A stretch of 64,000 nucleotides of DNA from Bacteroidota bacterium. GTDB lineage: Bacteria > Bacteroidota > Bacteroidia > Bacteroidales > VadinHA17. The notes under the pieces are model-generated. The model was not told the DNA's origin and did not search any database. It saw only the letters and a list, made by a program, of their open reading frames with translations. Made by a program: the position numbers and the translations under genes. Below, one piece after another: positions 47,432 through 58,417 of this stretch (position 1 is the first letter of the stretch; each line of letters opens with the position of its first letter). The stretch covers positions 23,697-87,696 of the forward strand of contig JAAYDB010000068.1 of the NCBI GenBank assembly GCA_012729475.1, in the 5' to 3' direction.

Positions 47432-48208
47432 TCACTTAAATCTTTTCATTATTAACCTTGCATTATCCAGATCATCAGGAGTGTCAATGCCATAGCTATC
47501 CATATCAGTGAGGGCACATCTTATTTTGTATCCGTTTTCAATCCATCTGTTTTGTTCAAGTGATTCTGTTACTTCAAGGATACTTTCGGGTAGTCTGGTT
47601 ATTTTTTGTAATGTACCGGTTTTATATGCATACAGACCAATATGTTTAAAGAACTGATGTTTCACCGACCATTCTGATGGTTCAGTATCTCTTATGAAGG
47701 GGATGGCCGATCTGCTGAAATAGATGGCATTTTTCCGGGAATCAAGTATTACTTTCGGGTGGTTTGGATTAAAAATATCTTCTTCCGGTATGGTTTTTCT
47801 TATAAGAGTTGCAATTTCAACATCCGGATCGCTGAAACATTTTTTGAGGAGATTGATCTGTTCCGGTTTTATGAAAGGTTCATCACCCTGAATATTAATA
47901 ACAACATCAATTTTCATCCCTGTTTCAGTCATAATTTTATCTGCAGCTTCAGCGCAGCGGTCGGTACCGCTTTGGTGTTTTTCAGATGTCATTACTGATC
48001 TGCCTCCGAATTTCAGTATTGCTTCAGATATCCTCTTGTCGTCAGTAGCTACATACACTATTCCGAGGGATTGCATTGCCTGTTCATACACTCTCTGTAC
48101 CATTGGTTTGTCGCCAATCATGGCCAGCGGTTTACCCGGGAATCTTGTTGAGGCAAAGCGGGCTGGTATAATGCCGGCAAAAGTAATATCAGAAGCTTTC
48201 TCCATCAT
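47432..48208 (-). CDS. kdsB: 3-deoxy-manno-octulosonate cytidylyltransferase
   Basis: 258 aa. GIIPARFASTRFPGKPL N-terminus, NIQGDEPFI motif. Confidence 0.9.
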   Translation of the reverse strand: MMEKASDITFAGIIPARFASTRFPGKPLAMIGDKPMVQRVYEQAMQSLGIVYVATDDKRISEAILKFGGRSVMTSEKHQSGTDRCAEAADKIMTETGMKIDVVINIQGDEPFIKPEQINLLKKCFSDPDVEIATLIRKTIPEEDIFNPNHPKVILDSRKNAIYFSRSAIPFIRDTEPSEWSVKHQFFKHIGLYAYKTGTLQKITRLPESILEVTESLEQNRWIENGYKIRCALTDMDSYGIDTPDDLDNARLIMKRFK

Positions 48209-48279
48209 GCAAATTTACAAAAAAGGAATTTCCCAATGTTTTAAAAATATCTTAAATTCGCAGCAACTGACAAGCGGAT

Positions 48280-49524
48280 ATGAGAGATCTCCAGAATATT
48301 AAACAACGGTTCGGAATTATAGGTAATTATGAAGGTCTTAACAGGGCGATAGATATTGCTGTACAGGTTGCTCCCACAGATCTTTCCGTACTTGTCAGCG
48401 GCGAAAGCGGAACAGGTAAGGAAGTGTTCCCACAGGTAATACATAATTACAGTATAAGGAAACACGGATCATATATTGCAGTTAATTGCGGAGCTATACC
48501 TGAAGGTACTATTGATTCGGAATTATTCGGACACGAAAAAGGAGCTTTTACGGGAGCCACCGACAGCAGAAAAGGATATTTCGAAGTGGCAAACGGAGGT
48601 ACAATTTTCCTTGACGAAGTTGCTGAACTTCCATTATCAACACAGGTGAGGCTGTTGAGAGTTCTGGAGACAGGTGAATTTATAAGGGTGGGCTCGTCAA
48701 GGGTTCAGAAAACAGATGTAAGAGTAATAGCTGCCAGTAATATAGATGTATCAAAAGCTATTGAAAATAACAGATTCAGAGAAGATCTTTTTTACAGACT
48801 GAACACTGTCCCTATCAAAATCCCTTCACTAAGAGACAGGGGGGATGATATACTCTTGTTGTTCAGAAAATTCTCTGTCGATTTCGCCGAAAAATACCGG
48901 ATGCCACCTATTACTCTTGACAATGAGGCAAAAAACATTCTTCTTAATTATTCATGGCCGGGTAATGTGAGGCAGTTGAAAAATATTACAGAGCAGATAT
49001 CAATAATAGAAAAGGACCGTGTTATAAAATCCACAACACTGAAAAACTATATCCCCGATTTTGGCAGTGTGAAATTACCTGCTCTTATTAAAAAGGAGGA
49101 GGATAAATCATTTTCATCGGAAAGAGAGATACTTTACAAGATCCTTTTTGATATGAAGAGCGATATGAATGATCTGAAAAAACTGGTATATGACCTTATC
49201 AGGCATGGAGAAATAGATGTTCCTGTGAATGAATCCAGTCCGGCTATTATTAAAGATCTGTTCAGAGATAATAAAAGAGAAAAAATAATACCGGATATAC
49301 AGGAAGGCCGTTCTTCTGATTTCCTTTCAAGACAGGAAAGGGATGATATACAGGACACTGAAGAGATTGTTGAAGAATCGCTGTCGCTGGCTGAGAAGGA
49401 GGTGGAGATGATAAGAAAAGCTCTGGATAAATATGGTGGTAAAAGAAAACTGGCTGCCCATGAGTTAGGAATTTCCGAGCGTACCCTGTACAGAAAAATT
49501 AAAGAATATGGCATTGAAAAATAA
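48280..49524 (+). CDS. Sigma-54-dependent transcriptional activator (AAA+ plus Fis-type HTH, no N-terminal sensory domain)
   Basis: 414 aa. Walker A GESGTGKE, GAFTGA loop in HEKGAFTGA (48541..48558), Walker B IFLDEV, C-terminal HTH LAAHELGISERTLYRKIKEYGI. Only about 20 residues precede the AAA+ core. Confidence 0.88.
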   Translation: MRDLQNIKQRFGIIGNYEGLNRAIDIAVQVAPTDLSVLVSGESGTGKEVFPQVIHNYSIRKHGSYIAVNCGAIPEGTIDSELFGHEKGAFTGATDSRKGYFEVANGGTIFLDEVAELPLSTQVRLLRVLETGEFIRVGSSRVQKTDVRVIAASNIDVSKAIENNRFREDLFYRLNTVPIKIPSLRDRGDDILLLFRKFSVDFAEKYRMPPITLDNEAKNILLNYSWPGNVRQLKNITEQISIIEKDRVIKSTTLKNYIPDFGSVKLPALIKKEEDKSFSSEREILYKILFDMKSDMNDLKKLVYDLIRHGEIDVPVNESSPAIIKDLFRDNKREKIIPDIQEGRSSDFLSRQERDDIQDTEEIVEESLSLAEKEVEMIRKALDKYGGKRKLAAHELGISERTLYRKIKEYGIEK

Positions 49525-50050
49525 TACTGCCGGCCTGTTTCTTAAATGGTCTTTATTATTCATTTTGGTTATTTCAACCCTTATACTATACCAGGGATGT
49601 AAGATTTCCTATTCCTTTTCAGGTGCCAGTCTTTCCCCTGATGTTGAAACAGTAAGTGTTCAGTATTTTCAGAACAGGGCAAGTATAGTTCAGACAGGAT
49701 TAAGCCAGTTCCTTACCGATGAACTTATTGACAAATGTAAAGCACAGACAAGTCTGAATGTAGTTAATGATTTAGGAGATGTTGATTTTGAAGGAGAGAT
49801 AGTTGACTATAACACACGGCCACTGACAGTGGCTGCGGATGCTCAGGCAGCTTCGAACAGATTTACTATTACTGTGAGGGTCAGATTTACAAATACAGTA
49901 AATCCGGAATTTAATTTTGACCAGTCTTTCTCCAGATACGAAGATTATGACAGCAGATATAATCTTGATCAGGTAGAAGAAGAACTAACAGAGAATATAG
50001 TAGAATTGCTGGTGGAAGATATTTTTAACAAGGCATTTGTTAACTGGTAA
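49508..50050 (+). CDS. lptE: Lipoprotein, LptE-family candidate
   Basis: 180 aa. Lipobox LYQGC. Its size and position after the sigma-54 activator and before secG match what I recall for Bacteroidota LptE-family genes. No diagnostic motif. Confidence 0.5.
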   Translation: MALKNNTAGLFLKWSLLFILVISTLILYQGCKISYSFSGASLSPDVETVSVQYFQNRASIVQTGLSQFLTDELIDKCKAQTSLNVVNDLGDVDFEGEIVDYNTRPLTVAADAQAASNRFTITVRVRFTNTVNPEFNFDQSFSRYEDYDSRYNLDQVEEELTENIVELLVEDIFNKAFVNW

Positions 50051-50055
50051 ACAAG

Positions 50056-50964
50056 ATGAACAGGACGGATTTTCTGGGTATGATTGAAAATTCCGGACCC
50101 ACTGATCGTCAAATGATAGGTGAAGTGTCCGAACTGATCGATATTTTCCCCTATTTCCAGAGTGCTTACATTCTTTTGCTGAAAGGCTTACATAACACTG
50201 AGGATGTAAAGTTCGAGAACCAGCTCAGATCAACGGCTATGCGAATAGCTGACAGGGAGGTACTGTATTATTTTCTGAAAGAGAAACCAGATTTTTCTGA
50301 ATCACCTGAATCACCTGTATCAGCTGAGGCATACAGATCATCAGAAGATAAAACTGATCATCAGCAGACAGTAACTGACACAACCAGGAGAAGTACGGAA
50401 TTTATTTCTGAGCTTGAAAAAGAAGAAACAGAAAAGGATGACATAAGACCGATTGAAGAAAACTCTGTTTTTGTCCCGGACATTTCTTATGCTGATGATT
50501 CAAATGTTACAATAATTATTGTGGATGAAGAGTCAGGAGAAATAGAAGAGAAGATTTTTTATATGGATCCTGGTTTTTCTTTTTCCGGTGATTATAATGA
50601 TACGGAACCGGATACGGAAGAAGACAATGACAGGGAAGACATTCCTGAAGAAACATATACACAGCCGCTTGCTGTGCCGTCATTAAAACAGAAGCAATCT
50701 GAGTTGATTGATAAGTTTATACAGACTAACCCCAGAATAGAAACCCCTGCTGCTAAAAGTGATCTTCCGAACGAAGATATTTCAAAACCTTTTGTTGAAC
50801 ACAGCGATGATTTACTTACAGAAACACTCGCGAGAATTTATACACGTCAGGGTTATTATTCCAAAGCAATTGATATTTATGAGAAATTAAGCTTGAAATT
50901 TCCGGAAAAAAGTGATTACTTTGCGTCTCAAATTGAAAAAGTTAAGGGATTAATAAAAAAATAA
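50056..50964 (+). CDS. Hypothetical protein with an acidic disordered centre and a C-terminal TPR-like motif
   Basis: 302 aa. The middle is E/D/T/S-rich. The C-terminus LARIYTRQGYYSKAIDIYEKLSLKFPEKSDYFASQIEKV looks like a single TPR. Confidence 0.6.
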   Translation: MNRTDFLGMIENSGPTDRQMIGEVSELIDIFPYFQSAYILLLKGLHNTEDVKFENQLRSTAMRIADREVLYYFLKEKPDFSESPESPVSAEAYRSSEDKTDHQQTVTDTTRRSTEFISELEKEETEKDDIRPIEENSVFVPDISYADDSNVTIIIVDEESGEIEEKIFYMDPGFSFSGDYNDTEPDTEEDNDREDIPEETYTQPLAVPSLKQKQSELIDKFIQTNPRIETPAAKSDLPNEDISKPFVEHSDDLLTETLARIYTRQGYYSKAIDIYEKLSLKFPEKSDYFASQIEKVKGLIKK

Positions 50965-50968
50965 GGGA

Positions 50969-51331
50969 ATGGGAGTTTATATTTTTATTTCTATTTTGGT
51001 TATAGCAGCATGTTTTTTACAGATACTGATCGTTCTTGTTCAGAATTCAAAGGGAGGAGGGCTGGCTGCCAATTTTACATCTGCCGGACAGACGATGGGT
51101 ATCAGGAAAACAGCTGATTTTCTTGAAAAAGCCACATGGACTCTTGCAGCGGCGATACTGATCCTTTCTATCGTGGCTACCGCCGCAATACCACGCAGCA
51201 GCGGAGCCGAACAATCCAGGATAAGTAATCAGATCCAAAACGCTGTTGACCCCAATGCTATTCCTACATTACCAACAGCTGTACCACCCTCTTCAACCAC
51301 TACACAGACAGAAGATGAAAATCCAGAGTAG
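50969..51331 (+). CDS. secG: Preprotein translocase subunit SecG
   Basis: 120 aa, two TM. LIVLVQNSKGGGLA motif typical of SecG. Confidence 0.85.
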   Translation: MGVYIFISILVIAACFLQILIVLVQNSKGGGLAANFTSAGQTMGIRKTADFLEKATWTLAAAILILSIVATAAIPRSSGAEQSRISNQIQNAVDPNAIPTLPTAVPPSSTTTQTEDENPE

Positions 51332-51364
51332 AGCTTCCAGGGAACTTTTTAGGATATGACGGAA

Positions 51365-51396
51365 GTGTCAGTTTGTCATCAAACTGACACTTTTTT
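51365..51396 (+). terminator. Rho-independent terminator after secG
   Basis: Perfect 10-bp stem GTGTCAGTTT (51365..51374) / AAACTGACAC (51381..51390), 6-nt loop, followed by TTTTTT (51391..51396). Confidence 0.75.
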
Positions 51397-51421
51397 GTTT
51401 AAAAATGTCATATTCTGGCTT

Positions 51422-51437
51422 TGGCACAGATTATGCT
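51422..51437 (+). promoter_or_regulatory. Sigma-54-like -24/-12 element upstream of groES (TGGCAC-N5-ATGCT)
   Basis: TGGCAC at 51422..51427, 5-nt spacer, ATGC at 51433..51436. The GG and GC dinucleotides have canonical spacing, about 50 nt upstream of ATG 51485. Motif match only. A near-consensus sigma-A -7 box (AATATTTG, 51454..51461) is also present. Confidence 0.3.
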
Positions 51438-51484
51438 GAACGAGGGAATCAGAAAATATTTGTTTAACTCTAAAAATACATCAA

Positions 51485-51763
51485 ATGGCACAATTAAAAG
51501 GAAGAATTCTGGCAGGAAAGGTTTTGGTAAAACCTTATGAAGCTGAAGCTAAAACTGCCAGTGGAATCATAATACCTGATTCTGCAAAGGAAAAACCCCG
51601 TCAGGGGAAAGTAGTTCTTGTAGGCGCTTCAAAGAAAGATGAGGAGATGGAAGTAAAAAAAGGAGATGAAGTTCTTTACGGAAAATATTCCGGACAGGAG
51701 CTCACTATTGATGGTGAGGATTATCTGCTGATTTCTCAGTCGGATATTCTTTTCATAGCTTGA
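51485..51763 (+). CDS. groES: Co-chaperonin GroES
   Basis: 92 aa. LKGRILAGKVLVKPYEAEAKTASGIIIPDSAKEKP is the typical mobile-loop region. Confidence 0.93.
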   Translation: MAQLKGRILAGKVLVKPYEAEAKTASGIIIPDSAKEKPRQGKVVLVGASKKDEEMEVKKGDEVLYGKYSGQELTIDGEDYLLISQSDILFIA

Positions 51764-51780
51764 ATTTTGTAAACCAATAA

Positions 51781-53430
<1,650 letters not shown>

Positions 53431-53455
53431 AAAAATCATTATAAAAGGATTATTT

Positions 53456-53479
53456 AAGGGCGTTGCATGCAACGCCCTT
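53456..53479 (+). terminator. Candidate terminator hairpin after groEL
   Basis: GC-rich palindrome AAGGGCGTTGCA/TGCAACGCCCTT 26 nt after the stop. The downstream tract (ACTTATTATATTT) is only moderately T-rich. Confidence 0.5.
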
Positions 53480-53485
53480 ACTTAT

Positions 53486-53493
53486 TATATTTG
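53486..53493 (+). promoter_or_regulatory. Candidate sigma-A -7 box (TATATTTG) for lepA
   Basis: Exact TAnnTTTG match 29 nt upstream of ATG 53522. Motif only. Confidence 0.35.
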
Positions 53494-53521
53494 CAGCTGA
53501 TTTTTATCCGGGATTCAACTC

Positions 53522-55309
53522 ATGAACAGTATACGTAATTTCTGTATTATAGCACATATCGACCATGGTAAAAGCACCCTGGCAGACAGGTTATTGGAAA
53601 TAACCAATACAATTTCCCAGAGGGAATATAAGGATCAGATCCTGGATAATATGGATCTCGAAAGAGAAAGGGGTATTACCATTAAGAGTCATGCTATACA
53701 GATGGAATATCTTCATGCCGGAAATAAATATATTCTGAACCTTATAGACACTCCGGGGCATGTCGATTTTTCCTATGAAGTGTCCAGAGCTATTGCTTCC
53801 TGTGAAGGAGCACTCCTGGTAATCGATTCCACACAGGGGATACAGGCACAAACTATATCCAATCTGTATATGGCTATCGACCATAATCTGGAAATCATTC
53901 CTGTTCTCAACAAGATGGATATGCCGAATGCAATGCCTGAAGAAGTTAAAGATCAGATAGTCGATCTTATTGGCTGTGATCGTAATGACATTATTGAAGC
54001 AAGTGCAAAAACCGGAATGGGTATTGACAGGATACTTGAGGAGATCGTTAAGAGAATACCACCACCCGGTGGTGATCCGGAAGCCCCTCTACAGGCTCTG
54101 GTATTTGATTCTATTTTTAATTCATTCAGAGGTATTATAGCTTATTTTAAAATAGTTAATGGTACTATTTTTAAAGGAGACAGAGTAAAATTTTTCAGTA
54201 CCGGTCATGAATACGATGCTGATGAAATAGGAGTTCTGAAGCTCAGGCCAAATCCTCGTGATATGATGCAGGCGGGTGATGTCGGATATATAATATCCGG
54301 AATTAAGGATGCTGCCGAGGTAAGGGTAGGGGATACAATTACGCATGTAGAGGATCCCTGCGAAAAAGCGATAGAAGGCTTTGAAGAAGTTAAGCCCATG
54401 GTTTTTGCAGGAATTTATCCCGTTGATGCAGATGAATATGAAGATCTAAGAATTGCCATTGAAAAATTGCAGCTCAATGATGCCTCTCTCTCTTTTGTGC
54501 CGGAATCATCTGCTGCCCTCGGATTCGGTTTCAGATGCGGATTCCTTGGCCTTCTCCATATGGAGATAGTTCAGGAAAGACTCGACAGAGAGTTTAATAT
54601 GGATGTGATCACTACTGTTCCTAATGTTTCATTTAAAGTAATGACCACACAAGGCGAAGAAACAGATGTTCATAATCCCTCCGGTCTTCCGGCCCTCAAC
54701 CATATAGAAAGGATAGATGAACCATATATTGTCGCTCAGGTTATCACTAAGTCCGATTATACCGGAGCCATTATGAAGCTCTGCATTGATAAAAGAGGGA
54801 CTTTGAAAAACCAGGTCTATCTGACAAGTGACAGGGTGGAACTGACTTTCGAAATGCCCCTTTCAGAAATAGTATTTGATTTCTATGATAAACTGAAGAG
54901 TATCTCAAAAGGCTATGCTTCATTTGATTATTACTACACTGATTACCGAAAGGCAGATCTGGTGAGGCTTGATATTTTGCTGAACGGAGAAATGGTTGAT
55001 GCTCTGTCGACACTTATTCACAGGGGACATGCTTATGATTTTGGACGGAAAATGTGTGTTAAACTTAAGGAATTGATTCCCCGTCAGCAGTTCGATATAG
55101 CAATTCAGGCTGCAATAGGGGCTAAAATAATAGCAAGAGAAACAGTCAAGGCTGTCAGGAAAGATGTCACTGCCAAGTGCTATGGAGGAGATATTACAAG
55201 AAAAAGAAAACTTCTGGAAAAGCAGAAAAAAGGGAAAAAGAGAATGCGACAGATTGGGAATGTAGAAGTGCCACAACAGGCTTTCCTTGCAGTACTGAAA
55301 CTCGACTGA
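53522..55309 (+). CDS. lepA: Translation elongation factor 4 (LepA)
   Basis: 595 aa. [23 protein letters not shown]1 motif, [12 protein letters not shown]. LepA-specific C-terminal domain with the basic tail [13 protein letters not shown]. Confidence 0.96.
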   Translation: MNSIRNFCIIAHIDHGKSTLADRLLEITNTISQREYKDQILDNMDLERERGITIKSHAIQMEYLHAGNKYILNLIDTPGHVDFSYEVSRAIASCEGALLVIDSTQGIQAQTISNLYMAIDHNLEIIPVLNKMDMPNAMPEEVKDQIVDLIGCDRNDIIEASAKTGMGIDRILEEIVKRIPPPGGDPEAPLQALVFDSIFNSFRGIIAYFKIVNGTIFKGDRVKFFSTGHEYDADEIGVLKLRPNPRDMMQAGDVGYIISGIKDAAEVRVGDTITHVEDPCEKAIEGFEEVKPMVFAGIYPVDADEYEDLRIAIEKLQLNDASLSFVPESSAALGFGFRCGFLGLLHMEIVQERLDREFNMDVITTVPNVSFKVMTTQGEETDVHNPSGLPALNHIERIDEPYIVAQVITKSDYTGAIMKLCIDKRGTLKNQVYLTSDRVELTFEMPLSEIVFDFYDKLKSISKGYASFDYYYTDYRKADLVRLDILLNGEMVDALSTLIHRGHAYDFGRKMCVKLKELIPRQQFDIAIQAAIGAKIIARETVKAVRKDVTAKCYGGDITRKRKLLEKQKKGKKRMRQIGNVEVPQQAFLAVLKLD

Positions 55310-55345
55310 CCTGTTCTTTCCCACCTGAAAAAGCGGGTAATAGTG

Positions 55346-56029
55346 TCAGGTCAATAGCTTATAGCCTCTTCCATGAACATTAAGAATTTTCACCGAAGGA
55401 TCTTTACTGAGATATTTTCGTAGTTTGGTAATATATACATCCATGCTTCTCGCATTGAAATAGTTATCATCTATCCAGATGGTCTTCAATGCATAATTAC
55501 GCTCCAGAATACTTCCTCTGTGCCGGCACAGCAGTTCCAGCAGTTCCGATTCCTTTGTTGTAAGCTTAGTGGTATCTTTTTCAAAAGTAAGCAGTTGTTT
55601 AACAGGATCAAAAGAGTATTTCCCGATTTTATATAAATCTTCCTTTACTCCAGTGGCATTAGCTGTTCTTTTCAGAATAGCCTGTATCCTGTAAAGAAGT
55701 TCTTCCATAGAAAAAGGCTTAGTAATATAATCATCAGCCCCGGTCCTGAAACCTTCAATGACATCATCTTTCTGACTCTTGGCAGTAAGAAAGATGAGGG
55801 GGATATTGGGGTTAATATGCCTGATGTGACGGGCAACCGCTAATCCGTCCATTTCAGGCATCATTATATCAAGAATACACAAATGATATATATCTTCGTT
55901 AAATGCTTTGAGAGCAAGTTTTCCGTTAGAAACCAGCCTGGTCTCGTAATTTTTGGCAGCTAGATAGTTTTTTAAAAGATTTCCAAGGTTAATGTCGTCT
56001 TCAGCCAGAAGAATTTTAGTGCTTTTCAT
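55346..56029 (-). CDS. Response regulator, OmpR/PhoB-type winged-helix
   Basis: 227 aa. Receiver with ILLAEDD, phospho-acceptor context LCILDIMMPEMDG, LTAK. C-terminal LTTKESELLELL...YITKLRKYL, ending VHGRGYKL. Confidence 0.9.
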   Translation of the reverse strand: MKSTKILLAEDDINLGNLLKNYLAAKNYETRLVSNGKLALKAFNEDIYHLCILDIMMPEMDGLAVARHIRHINPNIPLIFLTAKSQKDDVIEGFRTGADDYITKPFSMEELLYRIQAILKRTANATGVKEDLYKIGKYSFDPVKQLLTFEKDTTKLTTKESELLELLCRHRGSILERNYALKTIWIDDNYFNARSMDVYITKLRKYLSKDPSVKILNVHGRGYKLLT

Positions 56030-57582
56030 TTTTGTTCGTTTTGAGGAATGAAGAGGATAAATTTAGTTCCTTTATTGATATTACTTTCAGTCCTGATTGT
56101 TCCATTATGTTCTTCAATAACCTGTTTTACATAACTCAGCCCCAGTCCGAATCCTTTCACATTGTGAATATTCCCTGAGTGTACACGATAAAATTTATCG
56201 TATATCCTTTTCATGTTCTCCTTACTTATCCCGATCCCCTTATCTTCGATGGTAATTAATAAACCTTTTTTTGTATTACGTGTCGATATGGTTATTTCAG
56301 GATTATCCCTGGAATATTTTATGGCATTGTCAATAAGGTTTGATACTGCATTGAGGAAATGGATTTCATCAAGCATTACGAAAGGAGATTCTGCCTTGAA
56401 GTTTTTGATTATTATCCCATTTCTGTTTTTAACCTGAAGGGAGAAATTATCAATTGTATTAGTAAGTATATTATGAATATCCTGTTTGACAAATTTGAGT
56501 TTCATTCTTGCCTTTTCAAAGATAGCCATTTGAAGTACTTTCTCAACCTGGAATTTAAGACGCAGACTTTCGTCAGAGATTATCCTTGCCAGATTGTCGA
56601 AACCTTTCTTGTCATCTGAAATTGTTTTGTCAGCCATCATCTGAGAGGCTAATGAGATAGTAGAGATAGGTGTCTTCAGTTCATGGGTCATGTTGTTAAT
56701 AAAATCATTTCTTATTTCCGACATTTTTTTCTGGCGGAATATAACGATAAGAGTACTAGTGACCAGAATGAGCAAAAGTAGAGTGAACAATATTGACAGG
56801 AACCCTAGACTTCCTATCTGCCCGAATTTGTATTGTCTTTCCTGGAGACAATACAATACCAGCTGATTTTGACCCGGGACAGGATCATTAGGGAAAAGCT
56901 GGATAATAAATTTGTTGATTCCCGGTTTTTCGTTGAACCCATCTGTCTTCCATATTATTCCATCTCGTCCGGACCGGATACAATATTCAAAATCGAGATT
57001 GATCCCGACATTGCTCAGGGATGTTGCAAGGGAGGCCTTCAGTTCCTCAGGATTGATTCTATCTCTTATGTCGGGTGTTTTCCTGAGTATTTTTTCCATG
57101 ATATTTTCAAGGATAACAATTTTATTTGTCACCCTTCCGCTTAATTCAGCACTGATAGATTGTGCAGCGGTTTCGTTTATTTCACTGGTGTTAAAACCGC
57201 TAATATTCTCTGCAGATATAAGTATGTTTTGTCCGGAACTGCTTATTGTTATTGGTTCTTCGGGATTATTAAGGCCGTATTGTTCAAGGATTCTCAGATT
57301 AGGGTGGTAACCCATAAGTCTTCTTCCAAGTGGAGAATTAGCAGGAACAACAGCCGTGACAGAGTCATCACAACAGGGATTAACTTCTTCTACAATACCG
57401 GATATCAGTTCTTTTTCTTCCAGCTCAAGAACTACAGATTCAAGAGCTTTGTTAGCCAGGAGGCGGAACTGTTGATCGGTGATCTCGATAGCGTTCTTTA
57501 TCCAGCGGATCTGGATGAGAATAAGTCCCGTAAGTGTCAGGAAAAAGAATACTGCCAGTATTGTAATTGTTCGTTGCCTCAT
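56026..57582 (-). CDS. Sensor histidine kinase
   Basis: 518 aa. N-terminal TM, a roughly 230-aa periplasmic region, a second TM, H-box FINNMTHELKTPIS, N-box NLIDNAIKY, G-boxes EDKGIGIS and GFGLGLSYV. Overlaps the regulator gene by 4 nt. Confidence 0.9.
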   Translation of the reverse strand: MRQRTITILAVFFFLTLTGLILIQIRWIKNAIEITDQQFRLLANKALESVVLELEEKELISGIVEEVNPCCDDSVTAVVPANSPLGRRLMGYHPNLRILEQYGLNNPEEPITISSSGQNILISAENISGFNTSEINETAAQSISAELSGRVTNKIVILENIMEKILRKTPDIRDRINPEELKASLATSLSNVGINLDFEYCIRSGRDGIIWKTDGFNEKPGINKFIIQLFPNDPVPGQNQLVLYCLQERQYKFGQIGSLGFLSILFTLLLLILVTSTLIVIFRQKKMSEIRNDFINNMTHELKTPISTISLASQMMADKTISDDKKGFDNLARIISDESLRLKFQVEKVLQMAIFEKARMKLKFVKQDIHNILTNTIDNFSLQVKNRNGIIIKNFKAESPFVMLDEIHFLNAVSNLIDNAIKYSRDNPEITISTRNTKKGLLITIEDKGIGISKENMKRIYDKFYRVHSGNIHNVKGFGLGLSYVKQVIEEHNGTIRTESNINKGTKFILFIPQNEQK

Positions 57583-57854
57583 ATATTTACAAAAGTACGA
57601 CTATAAATATTCCATAATTGCAATCTTAACTTTCTTTAACAAGAGATGCTCTATACCTTGATATAAAGCCAGTAAAATTTCATCAGGCTGTGTGAAATTA
57701 ACATATATTTATATTAATGTTAATTTTCAGTTAATTGTAAAGATTTATTTCTTTATGTGAAAAGCTTGGAATATATTTGTATTGGGTTTGGCACGATATT
57801 TGGTTTGATTTAGATAGAGGTTTTTTTCATAGGTTAGGTTAGTTTTAGGGTTAT

Positions 57855-57885
57855 CAAAAATGAGGCTGACATTCTTGTCAGCCTC
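57855..57885 (-). terminator. Rho-independent terminator for the rnc-side operon (possibly bidirectional)
   Basis: Perfect 10-bp stem GAGGCTGACA (57862..57871) / TGTCAGCCTC (57876..57885), 4-nt loop. On the minus strand it is followed by ATTTTTGAT (A-run 57856..57860 on plus), 48 nt downstream of the stop at 57933. Confidence 0.75.
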
Positions 57886-57932
57886 TTCCTTTCTCACTTT
57901 AAAGCCTCTGACATATTTTATATCTTTTCATT

Positions 57933-58373
57933 TCAGGATGTAATGTATTGCATGTTTTTGTCTTTAATTTCCTCAGGAATGAGTTTAAAAACGGCAGAAA
58001 CACAATCAATTTCTCTTATTAATGATATTATTTGTACAGTATTGGTGAGATGATCAGGATCATAAATTCGAAAAATATAATCTATGTTTTTCAGTTTTTT
58101 GATCAGATAATATTTCCCGTTTCGGTTTGACAAAAGATCATAAATGAGATCAGGAGATGATGGAGAGTCAGAAAACCTGCTGAATGAATAACTGCTGTCG
58201 TTATCCTGAGAGATTGTAAGCTGGCTGCCGGACTTAAGAGAAATATTCATTTTCCTATTCAGGGCCAGAGATAGTTTGTAATCAGGTTCGTGGCATACAA
58301 TACCAAAGAATATATAATCCTTTTCATGATCTGTTTCAAGTTTTATTCTTGTAATTTTAGGATTATTTTTCAT
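57933..58373 (-). CDS. Conserved hypothetical protein, possibly IPExxxVDY-family
   Basis: About 146 aa from ATG 58373 (the track start 58382 is TTG). Motif FGIVCHEPDYKLSLALN and C-terminal LIPEEIKDKNMQY resemble, from memory, the small Bacteroidota family named IPExxxVDY, usually found next to rnc. Unverified. Confidence 0.45.
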   Translation of the reverse strand: MKNNPKITRIKLETDHEKDYIFFGIVCHEPDYKLSLALNRKMNISLKSGSQLTISQDNDSSYSFSRFSDSPSSPDLIYDLLSNRNGKYYLIKKLKNIDYIFRIYDPDHLTNTVQIISLIREIDCVSAVFKLIPEEIKDKNMQYITS

Positions 58374-58417
58374 TTTCGGCAAACCTGCGACCCAGTAAAA
58401 ATAGGAAAAATCAGATT

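Noticed and set aside
55307-55353. TGACCTG ... CAGGTCA inverted repeat between the lepA and response-regulator stops, considered as a possible bidirectional terminator
   Set aside because: Only a 7-bp stem with a 33-nt loop, no flanking T/A runs, and the right arm overlaps the regulator stop codon. Not convincing.
57695-57726. 10-bp inverted repeat AAATTAACAT ... ATGTTAATTT upstream of the HK/RR operon, considered as a possible operator
   Set aside because: It is entirely A/T-rich in an AT-rich promoter region, so chance occurrence is plausible. OmpR-type regulators usually bind direct repeats. No second copy seen.
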